Of a stretch of 52,451 bases of DNA, positions 22,806 through 35,354 are shown in pieces. The translations under genes were made by a program, and so were the position numbers. Each line of letters starts with the position of its first letter. Within the stretch, counting starts at the first letter, position 1. The notes under the pieces are model-generated. The model saw only the letters and a program-made list of their open reading frames with translations. It was not told where the DNA came from and made no database searches. This DNA is from Octopus bimaculoides (lineage: Eukaryota), in the NCBI RefSeq assembly GCF_001194135.2, contig NC_068983.1, positions 153,761,352 to 153,813,802 on the forward strand, in the 5' to 3' direction.

Positions 22806-25220
22806 TACTGTTCAAGAGCCAAAATGGTTCTTAAGTATGAATAAATGCTTCTCACTAATTTTCTAGCGCTGAATTCAGTTTTGACACTAGTTTTGTGCTA
22901 TCCGACCAGGATTTCTGCGTATTGGTTAAGAAATATGTTCTGCGTACAGTAATTTATATCCCTTTTTTCTACATATTGAGTGGTATGTATATATACTAAA
23001 TAGTGACTTATTTCGCTTTACTGGTTTTAACACTTACTTCATATATCGTGAAAAATGGAAAGAGTCTTAATACCTTTTCCTGGCTTTCCTTCAACGCTTG
23101 TTCTGCTGGTTGTCCGTACATTGCAGTATCCAGCAGTAGTCTCCTGACATTATCGGACTGAACCGGCCCTGATACTTGCTCTCTATTATTGCAATTTCTT
23201 GGTGTAATTTTTCTCCATATTCATCCCTGATGTCTCCTAAGTTATCTGGGAAGATATCCATATGATAAAGAAAGAAATTAAGCTTCACGGACATTCGTGA
23301 AACCAGAGCATTTTTTATTTTGAATCAAGGTTTCAACAATTTCTCCATAGTTGTCTGCACAGTGATTCCCAAGAAAGTTCTGTGTCACATCTGCGAATGA
23401 TTTCTATGCAGCAGTTTCGAAAAGAGTTTAGTGTTTTAGCAAACTCACTATCATTAACAAGCATGCGAATCTGAGCATCATTCAAACCGCCTTTAACTTC
23501 GCATCAGATACCACATCAGCCAACTTCTAACACAAGTACTAAAACCCATTTCTTGTAAGTTCCATGCCTTCTATGAAATGTTTGGCCAAGTCTAATTTGA
23601 AATGTAATGGAGGCAGAAATACCTTTTCTGGATCTGCTAGTGGTTTGTACAGGCAGTTGAACCTTCCTTCGCCATCGTTTACTCTTGCTGGCCAATCTTT
23701 TTTTTTAGTGGCGCTCCACATTTTTAAGTGTACTTCACAAACACAGAAAGCACATATGCTTCGTGTAACTAGTCTGAAGACCTAGGATAAGACCAGTTAC
23801 TTTGAGTTCCTCACATATTTTCCGCTGATGTTTTTGGCACTCAATAGAAGAAAGCACAATTTTCATTGTTTTATAGTTTTCAGCCATATTTGTTGCATGA
23901 GCAATTGCTACAGAGGAAAGGTGATTACCAACATGTAGTAAAACGGCTTTTATATTATTTTTTCCCGAATCAATGAAAAACCTCCAATTATATGATTTGT
24001 ATTAATCAGATTTGCATTTTTTTAAATGCAGAAAGTTGTTTATGCCGATGAGGAGCAGTGGTGATGCAGACGCCGATTTCCAGCAGGTTACGTTGCTTCT
24101 GTCATGATCCCAGTAACTCTGCCTTTTCTTTAGAGAAATCTAGGTCCTTAATAAGATCATGAAGAGCTCCCCAATTAAATAGTATAGGTTCAGTTGAATC
24201 TGGTTCATCTTGATAGTCATAATCCATAGAGCTGCTGCTGCATTCAGAATCCGTGCTTAGCTCGTGTTCAGCAGGTGGAATTGGAACCGGCAATACTTCA
24301 GTGTGTATTATTTCTTTACTGTCCACAAGGGGCTACACACAGAGGGGACAAACAAGGACAGACAAACGGATTAAGTCGATTATATCGACCCCAGTGTGTA
24401 ACTGGTACTTATTTAATCGACCCCGAAAGGATGAAAGGCAAAGTCGACCTCGGCGGAATTTGAACTCAGAACGTAGCAGCAGACGAAATACAGCTAAGCA
24501 TTTCGCCCGGTGTGCTAACGTTTCTGCCAGCTCGCCGCCTTGTATTACAAGTCGGATTGATGAATGGATACTGGGGTATTGTATTGTAGTTCGTGTCTTG
24601 ACAATTATTCCTTTGATGTTTGTAAGACAGAAGCAGCAATCATTATTATGGTCTCTGGGTTCTCGTCACACGATTGGTACGGCAAAATACAAACCCAAGC
24701 TTCGCTTTTCAATCATCCATTCACCTCATGTGATTGAGACAAGATCTACCCACTATATGAGGCACCCATTTCTTGTCTTGGTCAACTAATGGGATTTTAA
24801 AGAAGGCTTTGTAGTTTGATCGAACTGTGTAGGTGATAATTGTTTAATGGTCTCTGGAGTGAAGAGTCCACAAGTATAACAAATTCGGTAGGAATCTTTT
24901 GCACATTTGCGTCATTCCGCGTTTTCTAATAGTGTCAGTGGTTATGAATTATTACAATAACACCCTTGGCTGGTTGTAACTATGTAATCTGAAAAAAAAA
25001 GAAAACCAAAATCGGTTGATAATAAGCAAATATACTAGATATAACATGGAGAAAATAATATGACCTGCCTAATATGTGCCACAAAAATTGATAAGTTCGT
25101 TCTCGAAAACTAGCGATACGGTTTAACCGTTGTCATATTCAGATTCATCACCTTTGATTACCCGTAACTCAGATCAGATCATACCAGAACCATGTTAAAA
25201 ACATTTTTTCTTGACCAGTG
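22806..25220 (-). mobile_element. Chapaev3-like (CMC superfamily) DNA transposon, near full-length, pseudogenised, with imperfect TIRs
   Basis: Minus-strand transposase from ~24915 to 23091: RKCAKDSYRICYTCG; DQDKKWVPHIV; FAVPIV*REPRDHNNDCCFCLTNIKG; LPVPIPP; LHDLIKDLDFSKEKAELLGS; KVFLPPLHFKLDLAKHF; MSVKLNFFLYHMDIFPDNLGDIRDEYGEKLHQEIAIIESKYQGR..GDYCW. Ends are CACTGGTCAAGAAAAAATG (minus strand from 25220) and TACTGTTCAAGAGCCAAAATG (22806). Confidence 0.78.
24311..24540 (-). mobile_element. tRNA-derived SINE nested in the Chapaev3-like transposase, with 7-bp TSD TGTATTA
   Basis: Minus strand aggcggcgagctggcagaaacgttagc (A-box-like)...gagttcaaattccg (B-box). TGTATTA lies at 24304-24310 and 24541-24547. 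Removing the SINE restores the frame SIRLVIHTEVLPVP. Confidence 0.9.
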
Positions 25221-25426
25221 TAACTGGTGCACACGGAAAAGCATTTCAACTGCTGCCTAAGTGACTGGGGCATATTGAACTTGCGATGCATAATCTCCCA
25301 TTGCGTGAAACTGCCATCCTTTATTCGCAAGAATACTATGAAAGATTCTTGTGATTTGAAAAGACTCGCTTTAAACAAACCCCATGATAACATCTCTGTT
25401 AATTTAATTAACATGTAATAAATATT

Positions 25427-25429
25427 TGC

Positions 25430-25487
<58 letters not shown>

Positions 25488-25532
25488 TAATAATAATAAT
25501 AACATCAACAACAACAACAATAATAATAATAA
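25427..25532. repeat. (AAT)n/(AAC)n microsatellite
   Basis: Direct reading. Confidence 0.95.
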
Positions 25533-25699
25533 TGATTACATCATAAGGAAGAAAAAGAAGAGGAGAAGAAAGCAAAGAAGAAAACGGAAAGAAGGTAGAG
25601 AAACTTTATTTCATACAGAGAAATCCTACTCACGCAGTGAACTGTGAAGAAGTACGCCAGGCTGAAAAGTGATTACATGCCATTTAAGGGTTTCTCCAT

Positions 25700-26230
25700 A
25701 GAAACTGATCTTAAAATGAAAGAAAGGAGACCATTTGTAATTGCATGGAACAACAATAAACTCAAAAGATCTAACCTAAAATCCAAGATTGAAGGTCAGA
25801 TTCAAGCTACGAAAGACAAATGCTTAACCACAAATTACAAAATGATACAGGGAAACGATGGAGATTTCAAGTAGGCTAAGCATTCAGACGATTAGATAGT
25901 TGACATTCCTCAGCTGCGGTTGCACAATACTTGTCATATCAGGGTATATTCATTGAATGTTATCAGTCGGCTGGTTCGTCTACAGGGTCGACTAAAAGAA
26001 TGGGATATAAACATGCGAGTAACAACATACGAACAGAACGTGACCATAGTGAACTGATTGGTGACTATTATAAGTGATTAACAAATCAATACTGACTATC
26101 CACAGAGACAAATTTAAGCTTATAGATATCTTGACTATTTCCGACCAAAACAGTTCCCAAAAGTAAAGTCGATGTTGATGGATCACCAAATTGATATAAA
26201 AAGGTTTTTAGACACCAAATTAATAAACAA
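25700..26230 (+). mobile_element. Degenerate R4/Dong LINE C-terminal region
   Basis: LKRSNLKSKIEGQIQATKDKCLTTNY resembles LKSSGLKSETEGFIIAAQDQCL.T.NY. Confidence 0.5.
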
Positions 26231-26936
26231 CCAACAATAATTGATTAACAAGATTAATGATTGATATAACTCAGTCAGACGGCAAAATGAGTGGAATGAG
26301 GGATGAATACACTAGTTATGATGAAATATCTCCAGTGATACGCGATCGAATGTGTAAGCTAAATGATGCTTTCGAAAGAGAAGTTTAATTTCATTACATT
26401 TTCGTATATATATATATATATTCGTATATAGAAATCTCCAGGGATACTTTTACCAGCGGACAAAACAAGTAGCATTTACATTGTTGATATATAGTTATAT
26501 CAGTCCATGATTAGGAAGGAATTGCACAGCAAATATAGACACGCTAGTAACAACATATTGAAAATAATTAATTATATAGCTAATACCGTGATAATATTTT
26601 CAGACATCTGCTTCAGTAAACCTATCAGTATTGTACTTATAATGACTACTGGAAACCGCTGGAAGCCAAATCTACTCTAATATAGAAAAATATGTAATGA
26701 CCATTATTTGTACCTTGTCTTATATATCGCTGTGTGAAAACTGGAGCCCATCCTTGAATTTACCATAAAGATTTGTGATAAACCATAACCTTGGACCCTG
26801 GCATAAGAGTACTTGGAGTTCTTCACTAATCTAAACAATATTGTTAGCTCGGTATACTAACAGAGATTATGAACTATTTTGCACGGATTGATATCTCTCA
26901 CTACTAGCTATATAGTCTGTTAAAGTCTGTCATACC

Positions 26937-26976
26937 GGCCATGACGAAGGGAAATAGCCCTGAAACTCGAGTCGCC
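26937..26976 (+). ncRNA. Hammerhead-like motif (minimal type I) with one extra base in the 5' core
   Basis: GGC-C(A)UGACGA-AGGG aaauag CCCU-GAAA-C UCGA G-UC^GCC. Stem II is perfect, ACUCGAGU is a perfect palindrome, the triplet is GUC, and stem I is 3 bp. Predicted cut after 26973. Confidence 0.55.
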
Positions 26977-27979
26977 TTTATATATTTATATTTATATATT
27001 TGATCCTTTATATTGAACACTCAATATTTCATCTACAGTCAATACTTTATTTCATGGTGCCATCCATTTTTATTTTATTTTATATTATATATTGTATATT
27101 ATATTATATATTCTATATTCCATATTCTATACCCCACATTGGTTCTGCAGGAATATAAATAAAACATAAAAAACAGACAGTGTTGGAACTCTTTTAAACA
27201 AAATAATATATTCCTCTATACANNNNNNNNNNNNNNNNNNNNNNNNNNNNNNNNNNNNNNNNNNNNNNNNNNNNNNNNNNNNNNNNNNNNNNNNNNNNNN
27301 NNNNNNNNNNNNNNNNNNNNNNNNNNNNNNNNNNNNNNNNNNNNNNNNNNNNNNNNNNNNNNNNNNNNNNNNNNNNNNNNNNNNNNNNNNNNNNNNNNNN
27401 NNNNNNNNNNNNNNNNNNNNNNNNNNNNNNNNNNNNNNNNNNNNNNNNNNNNNNNNNNNNNNNNNNNNNNNNNNNNNNNNNNNNNNNNNNNNNNNNNNNN
27501 NNNNNNNNNNNNNNNNNNNNNNNNNNNNNNNNNNNNNNNNNNNNNNNNNNNNNNNNNNNNNNNNNNNNGAGAGATATCCATTTCTATCACCTTTTCGATA
27601 TGTCACCAATCTACGGCATTGAAACAGCTAGATGTGAACTCAGAATTTTCACTCATTTAACAATATTTCGAAACTTACAAGAGTCGTATACTGAAATCCC
27701 TGCTATCTTTCTTATTGGACAGAAAATAACGAATGTCTCTTATACTTCAGACACATTATAAAGAAAAGAAAGAAACAAACCAAAAAAAAAAAAATGGATA
27801 GCAGCCATCTTTCTTTAATTACCACATTTGACCCGGCACCTGCAAACATTTTTTTTGTCTTGTTTGCAAACATTTTATTAGTTTATATCCCGTGATAGGA
27901 ATATTTCAGACAGCAATACCACTACAGCAAACCATCTGCACATAAAATTGCATCGATTCATCCAAATATAGAAACAAAA

Positions 27980-28105
27980 TCATTATCATTTTATTATTTT
28001 TATTATTTTTATTGACATCAACATCGTCTTCATCATCATCATAATCGTCACCATCATAATCATCATCAACATCATATTCCTCATCGCTATCGGTAGTAGT
28101 AGTAT

Positions 28106-28171
<66 letters not shown>

Positions 28172-28456
28172 TAGTCGCACAATCGTAGCAATTTTCACAA
28201 TCATCACGATCAAAAAGATTTTTTGTTGTTTTTATTAAACATCAAATTCGTCATCATCGTCGTCGTCGTCATGAGTATCATCATCATCATCATCACCATC
28301 GCCGTCGCTGACGTCATCGTCGTCGGCGTCGTCGTCGTCTTCGTCGTCGTCTTCGTCGTCGTCTTCGTCGTCGTCGCTAACATCGTAATCCGCATCATCA
28401 TCATCCTCATCATCATCATCATCTTCGTCGTCGTCCTCGTTGTCGTCGTCCTCATC

Positions 28457-28488
<32 letters not shown>

Positions 28489-28667
28489 CTTTATCATTAA
28501 TGCTTCACTACCATATCGATTTTTAATACAGTTGTCAAAACTAATATAAAAACAAACAGAAACTCAGTATTACACAATGCACAAACAAGTAGTAGTAGTA
28601 GTAGTAGTAGGAGGAGGAGGAGGAGGAGGAGGAGGAACAGCAGCAGCACTGGCAGTAGTAGTAGCAG

Positions 28668-28698
<31 letters not shown>

Positions 28699-28960
28699 GC
28701 TGCTGCTGCTGGTAGAAGTAGTAGTAATAGTAGTAGTAGTGGTGGTGGTGGTGGAGGCGGTGGTGGTGGCGGTGGTCTTGGTGGTAGTAGTGGCGGCGGC
28801 GAGGGTAGCAGCAGCAGGAGCAGTAGTATTAGTTGTAATAGTAGTAGTAGTAGCAGAAGCAGCAGCAGCAGTAGTAGTAGTAGTAGTAGTAACAGCAACA
28901 CCAGCACTTATGAACATTGTGATGATGATGATGATGATGATAACGATGACGACGACGATC
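27980..28960. repeat. ~1-kb mosaic of trinucleotide repeats (CAT, AGT, CGT, GGA, GCA, ACT, GGT, GAT)
   Basis: Direct reading. Source of the poly-L, poly-P, poly-T and poly-V pseudo-ORFs. Confidence 0.95.
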
Positions 28961-30329
28961 GACAAAGAAAATTGTATAAAGAATTACTGTGAAAAATAAT
29001 TCCAAAATAGAATGGGCAATTATGTTTCCTATGGTTATATTTTTTTCATGTGAGGATGTTGATGACGTTGCAATAGTTTTATGTATGGTTTTATGTATAA
29101 TTTTATTGCAAGAATGACCATCAACTTCAGTTCGAATGGTTGGAAAGATAACTAGAAATTGTAATATATATAGCAATATCACGATATTGCTCCTTACACC
29201 TTGTTTATTCCTTTAGTTCATCTTATTTTCAACAGTGTCATTGCTACCGTTGTTCTTGTACTGGTTATTCTTGTAATGCATTATATTCTTATTGATTTTT
29301 CTGTATTTCCATTGTAATGTTTTTAACATTATCATTCTTGATATTATTCATATTAATCTTTTTGTATCGTTGTTATTATTAATAGTAGTATTATTACAAG
29401 GGTAATTCTCAGCAAATATTTTATATTCTTTGTTATTTTTTTTTTCCTTCTGCTGAGCTGCTTCTATCAACACTAAACTGCCGGAATTTTATACTTATTG
29501 GCAATATTTCCAAAACGCAAAACATCAATTTCTATATCTGTATACCTATATATTTATTTGCTGCTGAGATTGGGCAACCACGAATATCGAGTCTAATTGT
29601 CTATTTACGGCCATTAGATTTTCTGCTTTGATTATATTTTTGTATTAGTTTTCTACATTGATTATATTTTTTGTGTTAGTTTCGGTTTTAATGCTTGTGT
29701 TCTTGTTATATATGTTGGAACGTTTTCGTATTCTTTTGTTTAAAGTTTCAATACAATATTTAATAACTTTAATAACTTTCAAAACCGGATCAAATCCATG
29801 TAAAATTTTATTACCACAACGAAGATAAAATGAGAGAAACATTTGACACATTTTCTGAAAAAGACGCAGGCTGTCCAACACAGGGAGTTTGTTTGGTAAG
29901 CTGAAAACCCTGTAAGAGCTAAATTACTTAAACGGGTCAATTCTGCTTTGCTCCAAATTCTTAGGAAGAAAGTAAATTAATATTGTGCGTGTAAGTTGCT
30001 CAAATGTGAAAGAAACAAATGTGTTAAGCTCTACATACAAAATATAACGTGTATGGCAGTAACATAAATGCAACTCCAGTTATATGTTGGTGCAATAAAT
30101 CTTTGGTGAAACTTATATGTTGGTACTATATCATTGTTACTTACTTATATTCCATGTTTCCCGCACGCAATTTATTTAATTACTTACGTTTATACATATC
30201 GATCTTTTCAGTAAAATTCCTATTTTGGTTTTGTAATGCATTACCTATTGCGTTCAGTTTCATAATAACTTATTTCTCCATCTTCGTAATCATAACACAC
30301 AATTAAAAAGAGTACAGACCCCTTTTCAT

Positions 30330-30585
30330 CATTAATGAGTATGGCATTGCACCTAAAAAATTCTCCTCCGAGGCACAAGTACCCTCTCTTCCCCACCGAT
30401 GTTATCCAAAGGAAAGGCAAAGCCGGATACATTTTGGCACCAGTTACGTCGCGACTCATTTCTATAGCTGAGTGAACTGGAACAACGTTAAATAAAGTGC
30501 AAGAACACAATACACAACCCGGTCCGGAAATTGAACTCAACTGTCTCGTCATTATAAGTTCGACTTTCTAGCCTTCACACAAGTT
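30330..30585 (-). mobile_element. tRNA-derived SINE (second family)
   Basis: ttggcaccagttacgtcgcgactcatttctatagctgagtgaactgg...cccggtccggaaattgaactc (reverse B-box). Recognised from memory as a common octopus SINE. Confidence 0.65.
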
Positions 30586-32464
30586 CGCACCCGTTATACC
30601 TAAAAGCGGTTTTGTGTGCTTCAGAAATTGTCTTGTGTAACTTCAGAAATAAATACCTAACACCGGTCAAACATCGAAACCAAAGGGAAAATACAGTACA
30701 TAAGTGCTCTATAAGTGCACGTGCGGAAAGAGACTTTTAATATAGGTGCATTCTCTTTTATATTTAAACTTCGTTTCAATTTTCTCAAGTCTACATTTAA
30801 CTATAAAATTAAGAGTAGTAATACATCTTTGGCTAAATGTGTGCATTCTTTCTGGGATAATATTGAAAATAAAATTAGCACAAGCAATGCACAGCCGTAT
30901 GAGGACAATGGTAGTTTTTGAGGGTCTTGTATATCCATGGCTTTCCATATAAGTAGAATTAAATTGAATATTATTAATGAAAGCGATGAGTTGCTCATAA
31001 GATGCCTGTTTCTTAGAAATAAATCCTTCCTATACACTATGAATAGCGTAACCATAAATTAACCTATCAAACTAAAGCCAGTAAATGTATATAATTTGTG
31101 ATCAGTGAGACTCGCTATTGTTCATATCTAATGATGATTATAATTTGGGTTTCACTTTGTAATATATAATGCATTTGATGGTATTCTATCCTTCCATTAT
31201 AACGCAATACCACCTAATTATTTGAAAAAAAAAAATTACCGTGTCGGTCTTCTATACTCATAACAATTTACGCCCTCTAATATCAAATATAATTCAAACA
31301 AAAGCCTTTACCAGACCGATTCTGGTTGTATCCTTCAATACCTCGGAAATATCTTATTTTGCAATTGATTTTGCTCTTATATATTATATATTAGCTACAT
31401 ATCATTTATTTCAAATTTTAGATTTTATATAAAGATAATGCTTTCACAGATTCGTCTTATAGAAACGATTACAATCTGAACTGTGTCATAAGAAATATTT
31501 ATGTGCGTGTGTGTGTGTGTGTGGGGGGGGGGTAGAAGTGTATGCACGTGGGTATTTATGTGCATATATATTTGATCGTGGCTGAATTGGAATAAAAGTT
31601 GATAGTTGAAGAATACTGGTGGTCCTTGCTTTGAAGCCCTAAAGCTTCAATTCATTCAGAATCTTCCGCTGGTGAGTAGTACCATTTTAAAAGCATTCCT
31701 CTTGTTTGTGAATTTATTTTGTATTTTCGTTATTTCATTCTCATCTTGTATTCTTCTCTTCTTACACTAAGAATGATATAGTCTTTAAATTGCTCTCTCT
31801 AATTTAATTAGGCTGTATATGTTCAAATGTGAAATTCTTCTGTAAATTATAGGGCAATGTCTTTGCTCAGTTGTTTTCCATTTACAGACCAAATTACTGT
31901 TATCTTGTCTAATTCTGCTCCCATATATTGTAAATATATAGGGCGAATATGAGCACATATTTAGACTTCAAAAACTGAAGCAGCCGTGATGTTCCAGTGG
32001 AACCATAGGCGAGCTTTCTTTATTTTTCATTTGTTATTCAATACGCAATTTTAAACTATAAAGCTGAGCATTTATATTCATGCAAGCATGTACGTATGAT
32101 TCTGTAAACTGAAATTAATGATACAATATGAAGAAGTTTACGAAACGCCTGTAATCATATGCAAGTCATATGGATAGATGAATCTATTTTTACGTCTCAC
32201 GCCTCATAAATTTATGTTTTGTTTACTGTTTTCGGAAAAGTTTATTATCCGATTTCATATATTTGCAGTCACGCGGATATATAACCTTACACTACCATGT
32301 AATTGATTTCTACATACACCGATAGCCGATTGAAACTGAGGTGCTTACTGTGAGAACCAAATGATTTTCTGACTCCATATATATGAGTATATCTGTATAT
32401 ATACATATATGTGTGTGTGATTCTGTGAAATTGTGTGTGTATGTGTGCATACATACATACACAC

Positions 32465-32509
<45 letters not shown>

Positions 32510-33409
32510 NNNNNNNNNNNNNNNNNNNNNNNNNNNNNNNNNNNNNNNNNNNNNNNNNNNNNNNNNNNNNNNNNNNNNNNNNNNNNNNNNNNNNNNNNNN
32601 NNNNNNNNNNNNNNNNNNNNNNNNNNNNNNNNNNNNNNNNNNNNNNNNNNNNNNNNNNNNNNNNNNNNNNNNNNNNNNNATATATATAAACGAACCGATG
32701 AACGCACGTATTTTCTTTGAAACACTTTTCAGTCTGACTAGAAATTCATTTATTCATACTATGTTCTCTTTCTCGTATGTTCTTTTCTTATAAACTACAT
32801 TGATAGTAAAACATCAAAACAACATAAAATATAGAGTAACGTACATACAAAAGTAACACGCATGATTATAAAGAAAAATGGACAGCCTGGCTGTCAACAT
32901 AATACTCATTGTACATATAGTAATGTTTCAACTGGCTAGACAGTATAATTATTACTATTTGGAATTTTACCTTGGAAAATGTCAAAATATAAAGAAAATG
33001 AGACGAAATGGAGAAAATATACGTAACATTACATTTACATGATATTGTATGAAATATAATGGAAATGTGAGTTTGTTTGCACTAATGACTAATATTTAGA
33101 GTTCAGACAATGTTTCCGTCGTAGAAAGGGTGGTTTATGGTACTTCCCTGTTTACGACAAGAAAAGAGCAACAAAACAACCAATGACAGAAAAACACCAA
33201 ACCATGCATACAGATAGCCCGACACGTTAGTACGATACATTCACAGAAGCACAAATACAAACCTGTGTGTGTGTGTATTTATGAGCATCCATTCATATAT
33301 AAATTCATGCATACATAAATACATAACATATATACATAGATAGTTATACATACTTATCTCTCTATTTACACACGCACACACGCACACATGTATTTATAAC
33401 AAACATATA

Positions 33410-33545
33410 TACACCGGGTGCTGAAATGCTTTCGGTTTTAAGGGTGTCACGTAGACTATGGCTGGAAACCCTGCCTTCTGCCCTTCTAACAGGGCTTAGA
33501 CAAACTGAAGAACCCTTGCCATAAGATTGTGACTCTGGTGAATAT
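33410..33545. mobile_element. Short mariner-derived non-autonomous repeat fragment
   Basis: gggtgctgaaatgcttt...acagggcttagacaaactgaag...aataagattgtg-type sequence resembles mariner termini; recalled from memory. Confidence 0.4.
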
Positions 33546-33584
33546 GGGCAGTGCTTCTTATTTTGTTTACATATAAATACACGT

Positions 33585-34239
33585 TATGTTACATTATTAG
33601 TCCTATATATCGATTTGTATAATTTTTTGGTTATTTTCTATCTGTATATTGGAGAAACAATCTAATGCATCTTGGGTGTTACTCCATAGTTCTAGTTTAA
33701 CATTATCTTTTACTGTTGGTAAAAATTTATCTAAGATTACTTTACTAAGTAATTTGTTAGGACATATTAATCTTACCTGCGTTTTATTTATGGAGTTTTC
33801 CTAGTGGTCCTTAATTGTTATACAGGGTCTAATTGGAGTAAATATCTCCGTCTTATCTCTTAAATTAATATCCAACATTATATTTCTGGCTTCTAGGTTT
33901 GTCTTCTTTAGTGTGGTCTTAGGGACTACCTTATACTCTCTTTTTGTGATTTCTCAATGGATGCGTTCGTGGTATATGTTGGGTTCGATATTATAAATAT
34001 TTCTAGTTTTGTCCCAATGCGTTAAAATTCCATTCTTGGTATCTAAGATTCGTATCAGGTCTTTCAACTTTCTCTGGTATGGGTTGTGCTTGATGTTTTT
34101 AATGGTACTGCATAGTTCTTGTTCGAAGTTATATAGATGTTTGTTAGTGGATGGTGCTTTTCTGGATTGTACTCGTCTCACACTCAAACTTTTAATCCTA
34201 ACTTTTGTTCCTATTCCTCTTATGCTCTCTTCAATATAT
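33585..34239 (-). mobile_element. Penelope-like element, N-terminal and early RT fragment (Naiad/Chlamys-like motifs), pseudogenised, running into a gap
   Basis: One minus frame with stops: ..WDKTRNIYNIEPNIYHERIH*EITKREYK...NLEARNIMLDINLRDKTEIF...ITIKDH*EN..NKTQVRLICPNK..SKVILDKF...ELWSNTQDALDCFSNI...IIQIDI. This resembles the KADKT..Y / ITxKDHKENF..P..RLINP / QWKNT / FIQFDI pattern of those PLE RTs. Confidence 0.65.
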
Positions 34240-35308
34240 NNNNNNNNNNNNNNNNNNNNNNNNNNNNNNNNNNNNNNNNNNNNNNNNNNNNNNNNNNNNN
34301 NNNNNNNNNNNNNNNNNNNNNNNNNNNNNNNNNNNNNNNNNNNNNNNNNNNNNNNNNNNNNNNNNNNNNNNNNNNNNNNNNNNNNNNNNNNNNNNNNNNN
34401 NNNNNNNNNNNNNNNNNNNNNNNNNNNNNNNNNNNNNNNNNNNNNNNNNNNNNNNNNNNNNNNNNNNNNNNNNNNNNNNNNNNNNNNNNNNNNNNNNNNN
34501 NNNNNNNNNNNNNNNNNNNNNNNNNNNNNNNNNNNNNNNNNNNNNNNNNNNNNNNNNNNNNNNNNNNNNNNNNNNNNNNNNNNNNNNNNNNNNNNNNNNN
34601 NNNNNNNNNNNNNNNNNNNNNNNNNNNNNNNNNNNNNNNNNNNNNNNNNNNNNNNNNNNNNNNNNNNNNNNNNNNNNNNNNNNNNNNNNNNNNNNNNNNN
34701 NNNNNNNNNNNNNNNNNNNNNNNNNNNNNNNNNNNNNNNNNNNNNNNNNNNNNNNNNNNNNNNNNNNNNNNNNNNNNNNNNNNNNNNNNNNNNNNNNNNN
34801 NNNNNNNNNNNNNNNNNNNNNNNNNNNNNNNNNNNNNNNNNNNNNNNNNNNNNNNNNNNNNNNNNNNNNNNNNNNNNNNNNNNNNNNNNNNNNNNNNNNN
34901 NNNNNNNNNNNNNNNNNNNNNNNNNNNNNNNNNNNNNNNNNNNNNNNNNNNNNNNNNNNNNNNNNNNNNNNNNNNNNNNNNNNNNNNNNNNNNNNNNNNN
35001 NNNNNNNNNNNNNNNNNNNNNNNNNNNNNNNNNNNNNNNNNNNNNNNNNNNNNNNNNNNNNNNNNNNNNNNNNNNNNNNNNNNNNNNNNNNNNNNNNNNN
35101 NNNNNNNNNNNNNNNNNNNNNNNNNNNNNNNNNNNNNGTATTACTAGTACATATGTGTGTAACACAGTCTTTGCATGTGTATGTATTCTTATAATACTTC
35201 CTAAAGGTTTAGAATAAATAGACATAATAGAATGTTTACCGACTGATGTATGTCATTTTTGTATCCCCTCCATTTTCGTTTTTTCTATATATAAATATAT
35301 ATAAATGA

Positions 35309-35354
<46 letters not shown>

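Noticed and set aside
24480-24540. tRNA-like heads here and at 37247, 38527 and 51540
   Set aside because: They have A/B-box-like motifs but no complete cloverleaf, and they continue into SINE bodies, so they are not tRNA genes.
27986-29182. Poly-L/P/T/V ORFs resembling mucins or signal peptides
   Set aside because: They lie entirely within a trinucleotide mosaic, with no unique coding sequence or splice support.
33100-33165. Minus-strand hairpin GUCGUA..AGGG..CCCU..UACGAC followed by GAAACAUUGUC
   Set aside because: The 3' half looks hammerhead-like, but there is no CUGANGA or UUGANAA core and no stem I partner upstream.
33954-35225. 300-420 aa ORFs here, and similar ones at 16160-16783 and 45005-46012
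   Set aside because: Their length comes from N-runs. Only the PLE-like part at 33585-34239 is meaningful.
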